Positions 19,275-29,373 are shown, counted from the stretch's first letter. The stretch is 64,000 bases of DNA from Pirellulales bacterium (GCA_039831705.1 JBDOMT010000215.1:7898-71897); one strand, 5' to 3'. Numbers and translations: made by a program. Notes: a model not told the origin generated them from the sequence alone.

Positions 19275-20020
19275 CTAGTCCACTGGAGGTTTTGTCCTTT
19301 TGTCTCTGATTCTTGAACATCAAAAGGGACAATCGATTCCAACTCCTTCAGGTCTTCTGCTTCTCGATGTTCTGAAAACTCTTCTGATCCAACGGTATCC
19401 GTTCCTGGTTGCTGGCTGCTGTTGCGAGCGGTAATTTCCGCATCGGATAATTTGACGTAGCCCAATTCTCGGATCACTTCCAGAATTTCGCTACAAGTGG
19501 GAAACATTCGGCCACTCTTGCGTTTGTATTCGTCAAGCGCACTCATGAACTCTACTTCTCCAAGCGAATAATCTCGCTCGCATGTGGTGGGATCAATCTG
19601 CCGACGACGTTGTACTTTTTTTCGCCGCTCAAGCTTTGGTTGGTTGCTTCCCTTGGCTGTGTCGCAGGCAGCCTCCTTGCGTCGTCCAGTGGAACGACGA
19701 CGATCGACTTTCACCAGTTCATCTCCCTTACCGGCCTGAGTTGTCTGGTCAGCCTTGACCCTCTGTTTCACTGACTTCTTACTCTTATTGCTCTTCACCG
19801 ATTTTGCAGCCACCGTTTTACTGGTTTTTCGTTTAGTTGAAGCAGACTGTGCCTTGGGTGGGCGCTTCTTAGGCGAGGCTTTCTTGGAAACCACCTTCTT
19901 TTTGGCAACTGCCTGGGTCCGTTTGGTTCGGGTTGACTTCGCTGCGGGCTTTTTCTTCGTGGCCAATGGAACGTTCTCCGTGCTGAATTGCCAAGGGATT
20001 ATGCAGGTCGATGCAAGCAC
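19271..20020 (-). CDS. Hypothetical protein with a Lys-rich (H1-like) N-terminal tail and a conserved-looking C-terminal module
   Basis: The N-terminus is [35 protein letters not shown].... The C-terminal region is [47 protein letters not shown]. No family was recognised. Confidence 0.45.
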   Translation of the reverse strand: MLASTCIIPWQFSTENVPLATKKKPAAKSTRTKRTQAVAKKKVVSKKASPKKRPPKAQSASTKRKTSKTVAAKSVKSNKSKKSVKQRVKADQTTQAGKGDELVKVDRRRSTGRRKEAACDTAKGSNQPKLERRKKVQRRRQIDPTTCERDYSLGEVEFMSALDEYKRKSGRMFPTCSEILEVIRELGYVKLSDAEITARNSSQQPGTDTVGSEEFSEHREAEDLKELESIVPFDVQESETKGQNLQWTS

Positions 20021-20240
20021 TCATCGGAATGACGATCAGGCAATATGGAGTTATTGATTAAAATGGGTGGTTTGCGTGACTTTTATGGTTGACGCGATTT
20101 TTATGAATCACGGAAACTTTACGATGATAATCGCTCATTTGGTGTTCTCGCCACGATCAACTGACTCTCCCCGCTATCCGGCTTGTGCCAACTGGTGTTG
20201 CCTGTTACTTTTCCAGCGTATTTTTCCGGAATCATCCTAC

Positions 20241-20271
20241 TAATCCGGATATTTCATAAATATCCGGATTA
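20241..20271. promoter_or_regulatory. Perfect palindrome taatccggatattt-cat-aaatatccggatta (14-bp arms) in a divergent intergenic region
   Basis: Read directly from the sequence. It lies 64 nt upstream of the TPR lipoprotein start (20335) and ~220 nt upstream of the minus-strand gene start (20020). It is a candidate operator. Confidence 0.4.
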
Positions 20272-20334
20272 ATCCTTACCTCCCAATCCTTCGGTCCCCA
20301 AGGGGTATGCCTCACCTGGCATGCCTAGCCGATC

Positions 20335-21072
20335 ATGAAACACTCTACTTACGGTTCCCCCGCTTTGCTGATTGTGGCCTTGACCGTGTCCACCGCGGGC
20401 TGCAATCAAATGAATTCGCAAGCACTCAATGCCGAGGGAGTCCGTCTCTACATGAATGGCAACTATCCCCAAGCGGCAGAAAAGTTTGAGCGGGCTATCG
20501 CTGACGACCCGCGTTCTGCAACCAGCTATTACAATCTGGCATCTTCAAAACACAAAAGTGGCAAACTCTACAATCGCAGTAACGATTTGACTCAAGCCGA
20601 GCAACTTTACAACCAGTGTCTTGATTACGATGCGAACGACGCCGAATGCCACCGTGGACTTGCCGTGCTGCTTTGCGAAACAGGACGGCAGGACGCTGCC
20701 TATCGACTGCTGGAAGGTTGGGCCGAGCGAAGTCCCCAGCTAGCCGACCCCCACATCGAATTAGCTCGCCTCATGGAAGAAACCAACACTCGACAACAGG
20801 CATCCTTACAGTTGGTACAAGCAATTACCATTGAGCCTAACAATACTCGAGCGCTCACGGCATTGGGAAAACTGCGAGAACAGTCTGGAGATCAAACTCA
20901 AGCGTTAGCCAACTACCAGCGCTCGCTGGCGATCAACCGCTTTCAACCAGAAGTCGAAGCGCGGGTCGCCGCTCTCCAAGCGACCCATGGTGGACCTGCC
21001 ATGGCTAACGCCACACCTACTCCCCCCATCGCCCGCACGGTGCAGCAACAACCGCCCCAAGTGCGATATTAA
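20335..21072 (+). CDS. TPR-repeat lipoprotein
   Basis: A signal peptide with a lipobox-like LTVSTAGC is followed by several TPR-like repeats (AEKFERAIADDP, YNQCLDYDAND, NYQRSLAINRFQP). Confidence 0.7.
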   Translation: MKHSTYGSPALLIVALTVSTAGCNQMNSQALNAEGVRLYMNGNYPQAAEKFERAIADDPRSATSYYNLASSKHKSGKLYNRSNDLTQAEQLYNQCLDYDANDAECHRGLAVLLCETGRQDAAYRLLEGWAERSPQLADPHIELARLMEETNTRQQASLQLVQAITIEPNNTRALTALGKLREQSGDQTQALANYQRSLAINRFQPEVEARVAALQATHGGPAMANATPTPPIARTVQQQPPQVRY

Positions 21073-21105
21073 GAGAAACGAGCTCGGCCTCTTTTTTCGG
21101 AGATT

Positions 21106-21729
21106 GTGGATCAAGCATGGTGGAATCTATGGCCCAAAAGGAGCCCGAGGACGTTTCTTATGCTAACTGGTAGGAATCTTCTAGCACTGCTCTTTCTCGG
21201 GGCAGCCATGTGGGGTGCTGCTTGGCTGACTATCGCGTGGCGCCAATACCGTTTGCGGCACAAACTAAAACAGCATGCTCGTCAGGGTCGTCAAGGAGAG
21301 CAGGATGCCTTGCGTCTCCTGCAGCAAAGTGGCTACCGCATTCTTGATACCCAACGAACACAACAAGCGGTAGTCCATGTAGATGGAACCCCCCATTCTT
21401 ATCAAGTTCGAGCCGATTACCTCGTTGAATCCCATCGTGGCTCAACTCAAGGCCAACGCTATGTCGTGGAGGTTAAAACGGGAAATGAGGCAACCCAACC
21501 TACCTCCCGCGCAACCCGCCGTCAGCTATTGGAATACCAACAGGTGTACGATGTCGATGGAGTCCTGCTTGCTGACATGCAATTGCGAAAACTGCATCAC
21601 ATCCGATTTGACAGTCGACAGGAGGAACACCAAATGCCTCCGACAAGCGGCCTATCTACACATGGCAAATTCATCGCAGCACTGCTCATCGGATTTCTTG
21701 CGGGCCTGATGCTCACAGGACAGCGGTGA
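21106..21729 (+). CDS. Membrane-anchored protein with a possible PD-(D/E)XK (YraN/restriction-endonuclease-like) core
   Basis: An N-terminal TM helix is followed by GEQDALRLLQQSGYRILD...VRADYLVE....RYVVEVKTG (an E...D...EVK pattern) and a C-terminal TM helix. An alternative start is ATG 21160. The assignment is tentative. Confidence 0.35.
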   Translation: MDQAWWNLWPKRSPRTFLMLTGRNLLALLFLGAAMWGAAWLTIAWRQYRLRHKLKQHARQGRQGEQDALRLLQQSGYRILDTQRTQQAVVHVDGTPHSYQVRADYLVESHRGSTQGQRYVVEVKTGNEATQPTSRATRRQLLEYQQVYDVDGVLLADMQLRKLHHIRFDSRQEEHQMPPTSGLSTHGKFIAALLIGFLAGLMLTGQR

Positions 21730-21790
21730 GATGAAAGGGGAGTGTTGAACATAAAAAATCTATCGGGGAAATTGGAGTGTACCGTCAGTT

Positions 21791-21846
21791 CAGATTGCAA
21801 ATCAAAATTGGGGGGTTTGGGGAGAACCCCCCTGTATTCTTTCACC
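21791..21846. repeat. Repeat family E, copy 1 (ttgcaaatcaaaattggggggtttgggg + G5/C6 hairpin + ctgtattct)
   Basis: Aligns with 23207-23260 in the same orientation. It lies just 3' of the glycosyltransferase gene. Confidence 0.75.
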
Positions 21847-21863
21847 AATTCACTTCGTGGCCT

Positions 21864-23141
21864 TTATATCTTCCCGGTATCTCTCCCCAGTTCCTCCAAT
21901 AATTTGCATGCAGTGGTCAGTGATGCTTGTCCATCGCACCTTTGAGCCCATTGATCACACTGCTGGCTTGTCTGCTTCGAGGCTAACAACTTTTCTAATT
22001 GACTTGCGACAGCAGGGCCTCGAAATTGTCGCCTACGCAAGTAAGTCCCCACTCCCAGTCGATGCAATCGAACCGCATTGTCCAATTGGTCATAGGCCAT
22101 GGGCATGACTAATTGTGGGCGCCCACTGGCCAAACCTTGCGAACTACTGCCGACACCCCCATGGTGCACAAAGGCGGCCGCTCTGGGGAGCAGACTGCTA
22201 AATGGAACAAAGCCAAAATATCGAACCTCAGGTGGCAATTCTTTGGGTAAATGCTCATGATAACCTGTCAACAAAATCCCACGTCGTCCTAAACGTTGGC
22301 ACGCTTCCACTGCAGCAGCAAAGAACGCATGTCCTTCGGTCATGGCTGAACCGGGAGAAAAAACGATCGGCGCGTCACCCTCATCCAAAAATTGGAGCAC
22401 TTCATCCGACAAACCCACCGGTACTGACGGTCCATCAGCAGCCTGATCCCAAAGGGGGAAACCGGCAAGCGCCGTTTTTGCAGGCCAATCAGGCTGAGGA
22501 GCTGCAAACCATTCAGGAAAAAGGCCAATCACTCGCCGAGGAGAAAAACACCATCGATACAATACTCGTTGGATCGGTGGTAAACCCAACTCCCGCCTAA
22601 AATCATTGACTTCGGGTCGCAACCAGCGATCGATCAGGCACCGATCACCCAACCAAAACTGCATTCGCTTCACCCAACCCGGTGCACTTTGCCCTAACCA
22701 CATTCCAAACATCTGTGGCGATTCTCGCATGCTTCTTAATCCAATAGGCGAATAATGGATACTCGCCAATGGCGCATCAAACTGCTCCTGAAATATTCTA
22801 CTTGCAATATCCAAGGGGTGGGCTCCCAATGCCGTCTCCCCCGCTACGTAGTGTGTTTTGATCAGTTCGTACAGGTCTCGCAACAATTTGACCATACACA
22901 TCTGCAGTACCATTTTTGGACCGCGAAACGGATGCCACAAGTCTCGGTGATGGGCCAGTTCGTCATATTCCTGCTGCGTACCAATTGGCAACAGTTGCAA
23001 CTGAGCAGATTCGACCACCGAGCGAAAATGAGGGTTGGCAATGATGAAAACTTGATGCCCACGCCTCCGCATGACCGCCCCCAGGCCAACCATCGGATGC
23101 ACATCCCCATAGCTGCCCAAGGCTGTCAGTATCAGACGCAT
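21864..23141 (-). CDS. Glycosyltransferase family 1 (MGT/UDP-glycosyltransferase-like)
   Basis: MRLILTALGSYGDVHPMVGLGAVMRRRGHQV is a typical GT1/GT28-type N-terminus. The C-terminal donor-binding region is FVHHGGVGSSSQGLASGRPQLVMPMAYDQ. The start was set at ATG 23141. The 56-codon upstream extension in the ORF track runs through repeat E2. Confidence 0.8.
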   Translation of the reverse strand: MRLILTALGSYGDVHPMVGLGAVMRRRGHQVFIIANPHFRSVVESAQLQLLPIGTQQEYDELAHHRDLWHPFRGPKMVLQMCMVKLLRDLYELIKTHYVAGETALGAHPLDIASRIFQEQFDAPLASIHYSPIGLRSMRESPQMFGMWLGQSAPGWVKRMQFWLGDRCLIDRWLRPEVNDFRRELGLPPIQRVLYRWCFSPRRVIGLFPEWFAAPQPDWPAKTALAGFPLWDQAADGPSVPVGLSDEVLQFLDEGDAPIVFSPGSAMTEGHAFFAAAVEACQRLGRRGILLTGYHEHLPKELPPEVRYFGFVPFSSLLPRAAAFVHHGGVGSSSQGLASGRPQLVMPMAYDQLDNAVRLHRLGVGTYLRRRQFRGPAVASQLEKLLASKQTSQQCDQWAQRCDGQASLTTACKLLEELGRDTGKI

Positions 23142-23206
23142 AGAAGTTCCGCGAGTGTCAACTTGATTCTGACAAAATCGAAAGGTTCGGAGGAGCACTG
23201 TTCGTG

Positions 23207-23260
23207 CAAATTGCAAATCAAAACTGGGGAGTTTGGGGGGGCACCCCCCAATGAATCTCC
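23207..23260. repeat. Repeat family E, copy 2
   Basis: caaattgcaaatcaaaactggggagtttgggggggcaccccccaatgaatctcc. It is a direct copy of E1 and lies just 5' of the glycosyltransferase gene. Confidence 0.75.
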
Positions 23261-23361
23261 GATTCGCCTGCCACTTGATCGAAGCGCATCCCAATTGCCA
23301 GGCCAGCAAGAAGAACCATATATATTCGAGGTGAAAGAGAATGGATAGTTGTTTGATGCTT

Positions 23362-23406
23362 CATTGGGGGGTATTCCCCCCAAACCACCCCTGTATTCTC
23401 TTCCCA
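23362..23406. repeat. Repeat family E, partial/rearranged copy 3
   Basis: cattggggggtattccccccaaaccacccctgtattctcttccc combines the inverted hairpin of E2 with the ctgtattct tail of E1. Confidence 0.6.
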
Positions 23407-23443
23407 GTCATCCTTGAATTCACGTTGGTATCCTAAAATCAAT

Positions 23444-25426
23444 CTAGGAAGCTGCCGGTGTTTCCTCGGTGTCTGATTCAACCGGTGGACTAGCATCTGA
23501 ATCCTGAGGCGTTTCGGTACTTTCTTCCGTTGCAGTTTCAGCGGATGTGCCTGCAGTTTCCTCCGTTGGATTTTCTTCAGCTTTCTCCGCATTGGAAGCC
23601 TCAGTTTCAGCTTTGGGAGTCTCCTTCACAGGTGCCTCTTTGGTTTCCTCTTTGGTTTCCTCAGCTGGCATAGCTGCAGGACTGATTGGAGGATGCCCCG
23701 GAATGCCCATAGGTGGGGCGCCCGGTAGACCCGACAACGGGTTACCCACAGGGTTAGCGGCTGATTCATCGTCTTCTTCCTTCTTCTCACGAACTAACTG
23801 GTCGCGATCCAGGTGAATCTTTTTATAGACATCGTTGGCGATAACATAGTACCAGTCACCAAATCGCTCGTTGAGCTCCTGGACTCGCTTGTTACCGTCT
23901 TCGATTTTCTGATCGTATTCATCTTGACGCCGCTGGTTTTCGGCACGGATCGATTTACGCTGGGCGACAATCTCCTTGAGCTCCGCCGCCTTATCTTCCG
24001 GACTCCGCCCGCCATCATCTGCCTTTGCATCCTCTCCATTCTCCTCAGACTCAGCTTCGGGTGATACGGTCGGTTCACTGTCGCCAGCACCGTCCGCCCC
24101 ATCCTTCTTTTCAGTATCTACGGTTTCTTCCTGCTGTTCGATCGCTTCTTCCGACTCGACACCTTCAGGCAAAGGTGGAAGCGTTTGATCCTCTGGTTTC
24201 TCCAACACGTCTGAATTAAATCGAGTGGTCACAAACAGATAACGATGGATACCCTGATCGGATTCAGAGCTCGCATCAGAATCTTCTGCTGAAGCGTCAG
24301 CTGACTCGGCTTGGTCGTCCAACGAGGCATCCCCTTCACCGTCAATCTTCAAATTACCAAATCGGAGGACATACTCCACACCGTCCTGCAAGGTGCAGGT
24401 CAATTCACCTTCACTGGAAAGAATTTCTGCTTGACCATTGGGTGAAAGTGAAACCGGGGCAAAACCACGTGGAATGAGACTACCAGCCGCTTCGTTTTTT
24501 AGAAAGTCGCCCCCCGCCTTCAGATCGGCACTGAGGCCTTCCGGTTTGCGTTCGACATCGACAATTCGCAAGTCATCAAGGCCATCGCGAAATTCTTGTA
24601 GTACGTCACTATTAAGTTCCTGATTTTCACCCAACGGTTCGTCGGTAAACTTTTTCGTGGCAGCATCGTAACGCTGAAGTGATTCTCCCAACCATTTCGA
24701 ATCGCTATTGTCGTAAACCAACGAGAAATCGCCACGCTGGTCGTATTGGACACGAGGCCCTTGCAGGGTCATCATAAATTCGGCCGAATAGTCTTTGATA
24801 TGTACCTGGCGAATGTCTAACGGATTGATCTTAAGCAGATCTCCCTCAATCCAGTCATCAAAATCTGTAGAGAGTCCTTCGGGATCCAAATTCACCACAT
24901 AGACAATGTCTTGGTCGGTGTTACGCACATAGCGCTGGTCATCCGCATCTTTCACTGGTTTGCCAATAATCATGTCGACGAGAGAATCACCATTCACACT
25001 GGACATCGTCACTCGCACCCCCACTCCCTCCGCTTTGGAATCGAGCTTGCTTGCCGAAGGACTCAGTACGCCCAGGCTTACATGTTGCTCAGCACTCTCG
25101 GCTGCCACTCGAAGTATTTCCAAGTCGGAAATACAGTTAACCGCCTTGGCCAATTGACGGTCTGCATCGGCCGGGTAACCATGCTTGGAGGGGATAACCC
25201 AAGTGCTATCCTGCTCGGCAACTTCAAAGTCACCAGTGGTTGCCGTTTCTGGGTCAAATTTTATAATCTTCAGCCGCTTGGGAGTGTCCAATTCAAATTG
25301 ATTCAGCTTCGCGCCAACCAGCTCTTGCACATCAAAAGTTTCTCCCCTCGGCCCCATTGCGAAAGCAATAAGCAGCGAGGCGGCAGCGGCAGCAACAAAA
25401 AGAACAGTCTTGGTACTTTCGGTCAT
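23444..25426 (-). CDS. DUF4340 domain-containing protein with a long acidic C-terminal region
   Basis: It has an N-terminal TM anchor and is the last gene of an ABC ATPase / permease-GldG operon, the usual DUF4340 context. The N-terminal region resembles DUF4340 by eye. The C-terminal ~250 aa are E/D/S/T-rich. Confidence 0.6.
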   Translation of the reverse strand: MTESTKTVLFVAAAAASLLIAFAMGPRGETFDVQELVGAKLNQFELDTPKRLKIIKFDPETATTGDFEVAEQDSTWVIPSKHGYPADADRQLAKAVNCISDLEILRVAAESAEQHVSLGVLSPSASKLDSKAEGVGVRVTMSSVNGDSLVDMIIGKPVKDADDQRYVRNTDQDIVYVVNLDPEGLSTDFDDWIEGDLLKINPLDIRQVHIKDYSAEFMMTLQGPRVQYDQRGDFSLVYDNSDSKWLGESLQRYDAATKKFTDEPLGENQELNSDVLQEFRDGLDDLRIVDVERKPEGLSADLKAGGDFLKNEAAGSLIPRGFAPVSLSPNGQAEILSSEGELTCTLQDGVEYVLRFGNLKIDGEGDASLDDQAESADASAEDSDASSESDQGIHRYLFVTTRFNSDVLEKPEDQTLPPLPEGVESEEAIEQQEETVDTEKKDGADGAGDSEPTVSPEAESEENGEDAKADDGGRSPEDKAAELKEIVAQRKSIRAENQRRQDEYDQKIEDGNKRVQELNERFGDWYYVIANDVYKKIHLDRDQLVREKKEEDDESAANPVGNPLSGLPGAPPMGIPGHPPISPAAMPAEETKEETKEAPVKETPKAETEASNAEKAEENPTEETAGTSAETATEESTETPQDSDASPPVESDTEETPAAS

Positions 25427-25601
25427 AATTTCCTCTCCCAGAACTTCAAGCTCCAGGCTATTCCAGTAATCTGTGTGGTATGGTTTGATTTTCTTTTAGC
25501 CCCTGAGCACTAGCCCACGGCATTGTCAAGCGATACTTCTCCATCATTCCTTTACTTCAACAATTCTTTATTCTCAACACTCCCTTACCCCAGCACCTCC
25601 C

Positions 25602-28412
25602 TTACCGCAGCCGATCCTGAGCAACACCTTCTCTTTCAGTCTTACGCCGTCCAAAAAAGACATACAACGCCAACAACAAAGGCAAAATGGGTGGGACCAA
25701 AATAGCATACAGCTTGCTTTGGTCCTGCTCTGAGCGTACTTCTTGCTCCAACTGATATTGGATCTGCTTAACCTTACGGCTACGCTCAGCTTCCAAGGCC
25801 TGAATCTGGGCTGTCAATTTGTCCTGCTCTCGTAATTGGACTCGCTGCAGCAATTGCTGACGAGCATTGGCACTGAGCCCCTCGCGTTGTTGCACATCGG
25901 CAACTTTCTTTTCAAACGCTTGCTGTGCATCGTCGATTTCCTGTTTGATATCGTCGACAAACTCATTTTCTTGCTCCAATGCCTTGTCACGATGCTCCAG
26001 GGTAGCCTCGTCGATTTTTGTGAGCGTACGATGCATGCGAGTACGCTTGCGAATTTCGACAAAGCGGTCTTCACCTGCCAAGACATCGATGGTATTGAGA
26101 ATGAACGTAACGTTTTGCGTAGCGGTCAAAAACTGGTTGTCACCACTTTGCCGAATGGCAAAGAAATCTGGGATAATCCAGTCGATGTCGGTGATTAGGG
26201 CCACATTGATTTCTGGCCCTGTCCCCTGACTGGCATCGATCTTATCAGCCGGATCCTCTTTATCCATAGTATTCGCGTCCGTAGTGTCCGCATCCGCCTG
26301 ACTCTTGTCACCGGCAGGCTCGCCCTTGTCTCCTAAAGAAGTGTCTTCCAATGAAGATCCTTTTAAATCCAACAGGTCTTCGGCAGGTAAGGTGCCATGT
26401 ATTTGCGCAGCCAGAACATATGGCTCACGTGTCAATCGGCGCCCATAAACATGCGTGTTAGGTGCACGACGACTCAAAGCAGAGATTTCGACGGTACCCG
26501 AGGCATCGCCCGTAACTGCAAGTTGCTCAAAAGTGAGTGGGCTGTCTTCGACTGGAGCAAGCGAACCTGGGTAAAGTAATAAAAGTTGATTCAGACCCGA
26601 GGAGATCGGATTATCGGGATTGAACGGTTGGATCGCTCCATTGCCATGGTCAATAAAGACCCACTGAGGATCGGCGATGGAACCGACACTCCGATCGGGC
26701 ATGTATTCCTGCCAAACCACTTCGGTTGGATAAGTTCGAACACCCAACAAACGCCAGAGTTGACTGATATCCCCCTTGGGTGGTGGCGGCTGGCCACCTC
26801 CAAACATACTCATCCTGGGATCTTGTTGTTTCGGTTCCGCAGTACCCACAGCGTACTGGGGTGGGTAAAAGTGGGGATACGGATCTTCCAGTATTACCGT
26901 GTGTGTACCCGAACGAATCGCGTCTACTAAATGATCCATCGGTTGCTGCTCCAGCATCGAAGGCTGGACTGCCAACAGGACATCGTAATGGTCTTCAATC
27001 GGCTGTGCCGGACTAACTTCGGAGACATCGTATTGCTTACGCAATTCGGTAATCAGTGGCCAGTCGCGCTGATGGGATCCAGTCGAATCGACCAGGGGAA
27101 TACCCGTATTGATCACACCCAATTTCAGCCGTTTCGGCTCGGAGACAGTGATAATCGAGCGAATGAGTTCGTATTCAACGGGGATCCCTTTACCAAAGAA
27201 TGGAATGATGATCTTATCCAATCCGCTGGTGATCGCAGCTGCCAGAAACAATTCATCTCGCGATTGTGCGTTGCCCTTGGTCACCACGATTTGCTGGGGG
27301 GTGATACCATAGGTTTTTTCGGCAAGCACTGCTTCCGGACCATAACTGTCAATTTTGTGCAGCGCCACTTGAATTTTCCCACCACCCAACGCCTGAATTT
27401 CCTGTAAGGCCGAAACCAGGTTGAGCTGGGTCGCCGTGTACTCCGTCGGCACCTGCCGACTGACATAGGCGTCAATCTTGATGGTGTTGGCTTTTTCGTT
27501 TTCACGGAGCTCGGTTAACAGTTTCAATGTGTCTGGGGAAAGTGAGCTGAGCTGCTCGGTGCTGATATCAATACGCAATCCATTGTGACTGTGAGCATAG
27601 GCGGTAAGGCCCACAGCCAGAGCCCCCAAAGACAGCGTACGAATAATAAAGTGGGGAGTGAGGACTCGACCCTGTTCGCGCGCCTGCCAATGACGCTGAC
27701 CGATCAAGATCATACTGAGGTACAACATGACCACAGCAATCATCACAAAATAAACTATGCCTCCTAGGCTTAAGACACCGCGTTGAAAATCATGAAATTG
27801 TTCCAACGCACTCCATCGACGAATCGATTGGGCCAGGCTGGGATCCTTAATGATCCAATCGGCCACGCCAAACAGGGCCAAAGGTAGATTGAGCAACATG
27901 CCCAGAATAAAGCCGACCGTAAGGTTGGCGGTTACGAACGAGGCCACCATGCCGATCGAGATCATCGATACACCGATGAACCAATAGCCGACGTAGGTGC
28001 TTACAAACAGTCCAAAGTCGGGACTGCCTAAGCCGTATAGGAACACGAGAAAAATAGAAAAGGCTGAAAATAACAGCGATACCGTGAAAATGGCCACGGC
28101 CGCCAGATACTTTCCCAACACCACGTCAAAGTCGCTGGCTGGAATGGTGAGTAGCAGTTCATCCGTTCCCTGGCGGCGTTCTTCCGCCCAAATGCTCATC
28201 GTGATCGCTGGAATGAACACCAACATGATAAAAGGCAGCCATTGGCTCAACTGGTCCAGATTGGCCAGGTTGTTGGAAAAAAACTCTGGCGGCCAAAAGG
28301 TTGCCAAAGCGCTGAGCACTACAAATACGCAAATGAATACGTACCCGGTGGGGCTGGAAAAATAGCTGACAAAATCACGTTTGAAGATCGATTTGAGAAC
28401 GTGCCAGTTCAT
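25602..28412 (-). CDS. Fused ABC-2 type permease (GldF-like) and GldG-like ABC-associated domain protein
   Basis: The N-terminal ~240 aa have six hydrophobic segments with the ABC-2 permease signature (AEERRQGTDELLLT). They are followed by a large extracytoplasmic GldG-like domain, a coiled coil and a C-terminal TM helix. Confidence 0.7.
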   Translation of the reverse strand: MNWHVLKSIFKRDFVSYFSSPTGYVFICVFVVLSALATFWPPEFFSNNLANLDQLSQWLPFIMLVFIPAITMSIWAEERRQGTDELLLTIPASDFDVVLGKYLAAVAIFTVSLLFSAFSIFLVFLYGLGSPDFGLFVSTYVGYWFIGVSMISIGMVASFVTANLTVGFILGMLLNLPLALFGVADWIIKDPSLAQSIRRWSALEQFHDFQRGVLSLGGIVYFVMIAVVMLYLSMILIGQRHWQAREQGRVLTPHFIIRTLSLGALAVGLTAYAHSHNGLRIDISTEQLSSLSPDTLKLLTELRENEKANTIKIDAYVSRQVPTEYTATQLNLVSALQEIQALGGGKIQVALHKIDSYGPEAVLAEKTYGITPQQIVVTKGNAQSRDELFLAAAITSGLDKIIIPFFGKGIPVEYELIRSIITVSEPKRLKLGVINTGIPLVDSTGSHQRDWPLITELRKQYDVSEVSPAQPIEDHYDVLLAVQPSMLEQQPMDHLVDAIRSGTHTVILEDPYPHFYPPQYAVGTAEPKQQDPRMSMFGGGQPPPPKGDISQLWRLLGVRTYPTEVVWQEYMPDRSVGSIADPQWVFIDHGNGAIQPFNPDNPISSGLNQLLLLYPGSLAPVEDSPLTFEQLAVTGDASGTVEISALSRRAPNTHVYGRRLTREPYVLAAQIHGTLPAEDLLDLKGSSLEDTSLGDKGEPAGDKSQADADTTDANTMDKEDPADKIDASQGTGPEINVALITDIDWIIPDFFAIRQSGDNQFLTATQNVTFILNTIDVLAGEDRFVEIRKRTRMHRTLTKIDEATLEHRDKALEQENEFVDDIKQEIDDAQQAFEKKVADVQQREGLSANARQQLLQRVQLREQDKLTAQIQALEAERSRKVKQIQYQLEQEVRSEQDQSKLYAILVPPILPLLLALYVFFGRRKTEREGVAQDRLR

Positions 28413-28497
28413 GGATGGCGACCCTTAGTTTGCTAAAAGCTTAAATGGTAGTTGAATGATTACTCATTGTGAAATAAAGATTAGCCACACCGCAGTC

Positions 28498-29262
28498 CTA
28501 AATCGCTCCGGTCAGCTCCAAGAATTTTTTGTCCAGGTCATGCCCCTGGCCCAACCCGGCGGGCGTGCCGTCGAATACAATGCGGCCTTCGTTGATGAAG
28601 ATAACCCGATTGCACATCGCTTCAACTTCTTGGAGGATGTGCGTGGAAAGCAAGATGGTTTTGGATTCACCCAACTGTCGAATCATCTTCCGTACTTCCC
28701 GAATTTGGTTCGGATCGAGCCCCGCGGTCGGTTCGTCCAAGATCAGAACATCCGGATCGTGGAGGAGGGCCTGCGCCATACCGACACGTTGGCGAAACCC
28801 TTTGGAAAGCTTTCCGATCGGTTTTCCGATGACCGTTTCCAAGCGGCAAAGGGTAATAATCTCGTCCAGTCGTTGCCGCATCAAACGGGCGGACATGCCA
28901 CGAGCGTTGGCAAAGAATGTGAGTAGGCTCCGAGGTGTCATGTCGGGATAAAGGGGGCCATTTTCAGGCAGGTAGCCAAGGCGTTTGGCACCTTGCAAGC
29001 GATCTCCGGCCATATTGAATCCGGCCACACGGGCGACTCCGGTCGAAGGTGCCAGATAGCCGGTGAGCAGCTTCATGGTGGTACTTTTACCTGCCCCATT
29101 GGGACCCAAAAAGGCAGCCACTTCTCCCTGATTGATCGAGAAGGTAACATCTCGTGCTGCGGCAAAATTGCCATAAAATTTCGACAGCTCCACAGCCTCG
29201 ATCATGGGGGTTCCAGCGGCCGACCGAGGGGTAACGTCTTCTTGTGGGGGTTGCTCAAGCAT
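28498..29262 (-). CDS. ABC transporter ATP-binding protein
   Basis: Walker A GPNGAGKST, the signature LSKGFRQR and Walker B ILILDEPTAGLD are present. Confidence 0.9.
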   Translation of the reverse strand: MLEQPPQEDVTPRSAAGTPMIEAVELSKFYGNFAAARDVTFSINQGEVAAFLGPNGAGKSTTMKLLTGYLAPSTGVARVAGFNMAGDRLQGAKRLGYLPENGPLYPDMTPRSLLTFFANARGMSARLMRQRLDEIITLCRLETVIGKPIGKLSKGFRQRVGMAQALLHDPDVLILDEPTAGLDPNQIREVRKMIRQLGESKTILLSTHILQEVEAMCNRVIFINEGRIVFDGTPAGLGQGHDLDKKFLELTGAI

Positions 29263-29325
29263 CTGAAAAATCGGAGGGGGTGATTGGGGAAGGATAAAGA
29301 GCCGACAAGGGAACTGGTGCCGACG

Positions 29326-29373
29326 CTACACTGTTTGGTCTACGCTGTTTGGTCTACGCTGTTTGGTCTACGC
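29326..29373. repeat. Tandem repeat of a 14-nt unit, ctacgctgtttggt, x3.4
   Basis: Read directly. The unit length is 2 x 7 nt. It lies in the 5' region of the ABC operon. Confidence 0.9.

Noticed and set aside
23142-23309. Longest-ORF N-terminal extensions: GT1 gene to 23309, DUF4416 to 6724, gcvT to 12397, gcvPA to 14145, lipoate ligase to 16951, metF to 42428, addB-like to 45392 and mobA to 58596.
   Set aside because: The extensions overlap upstream genes or repeats and lack family homology. Internal ATGs give canonical N-termini such as MRLILTALGSYGD and MPYLYNT. I chose the shorter starts, but they are not experimentally verified.
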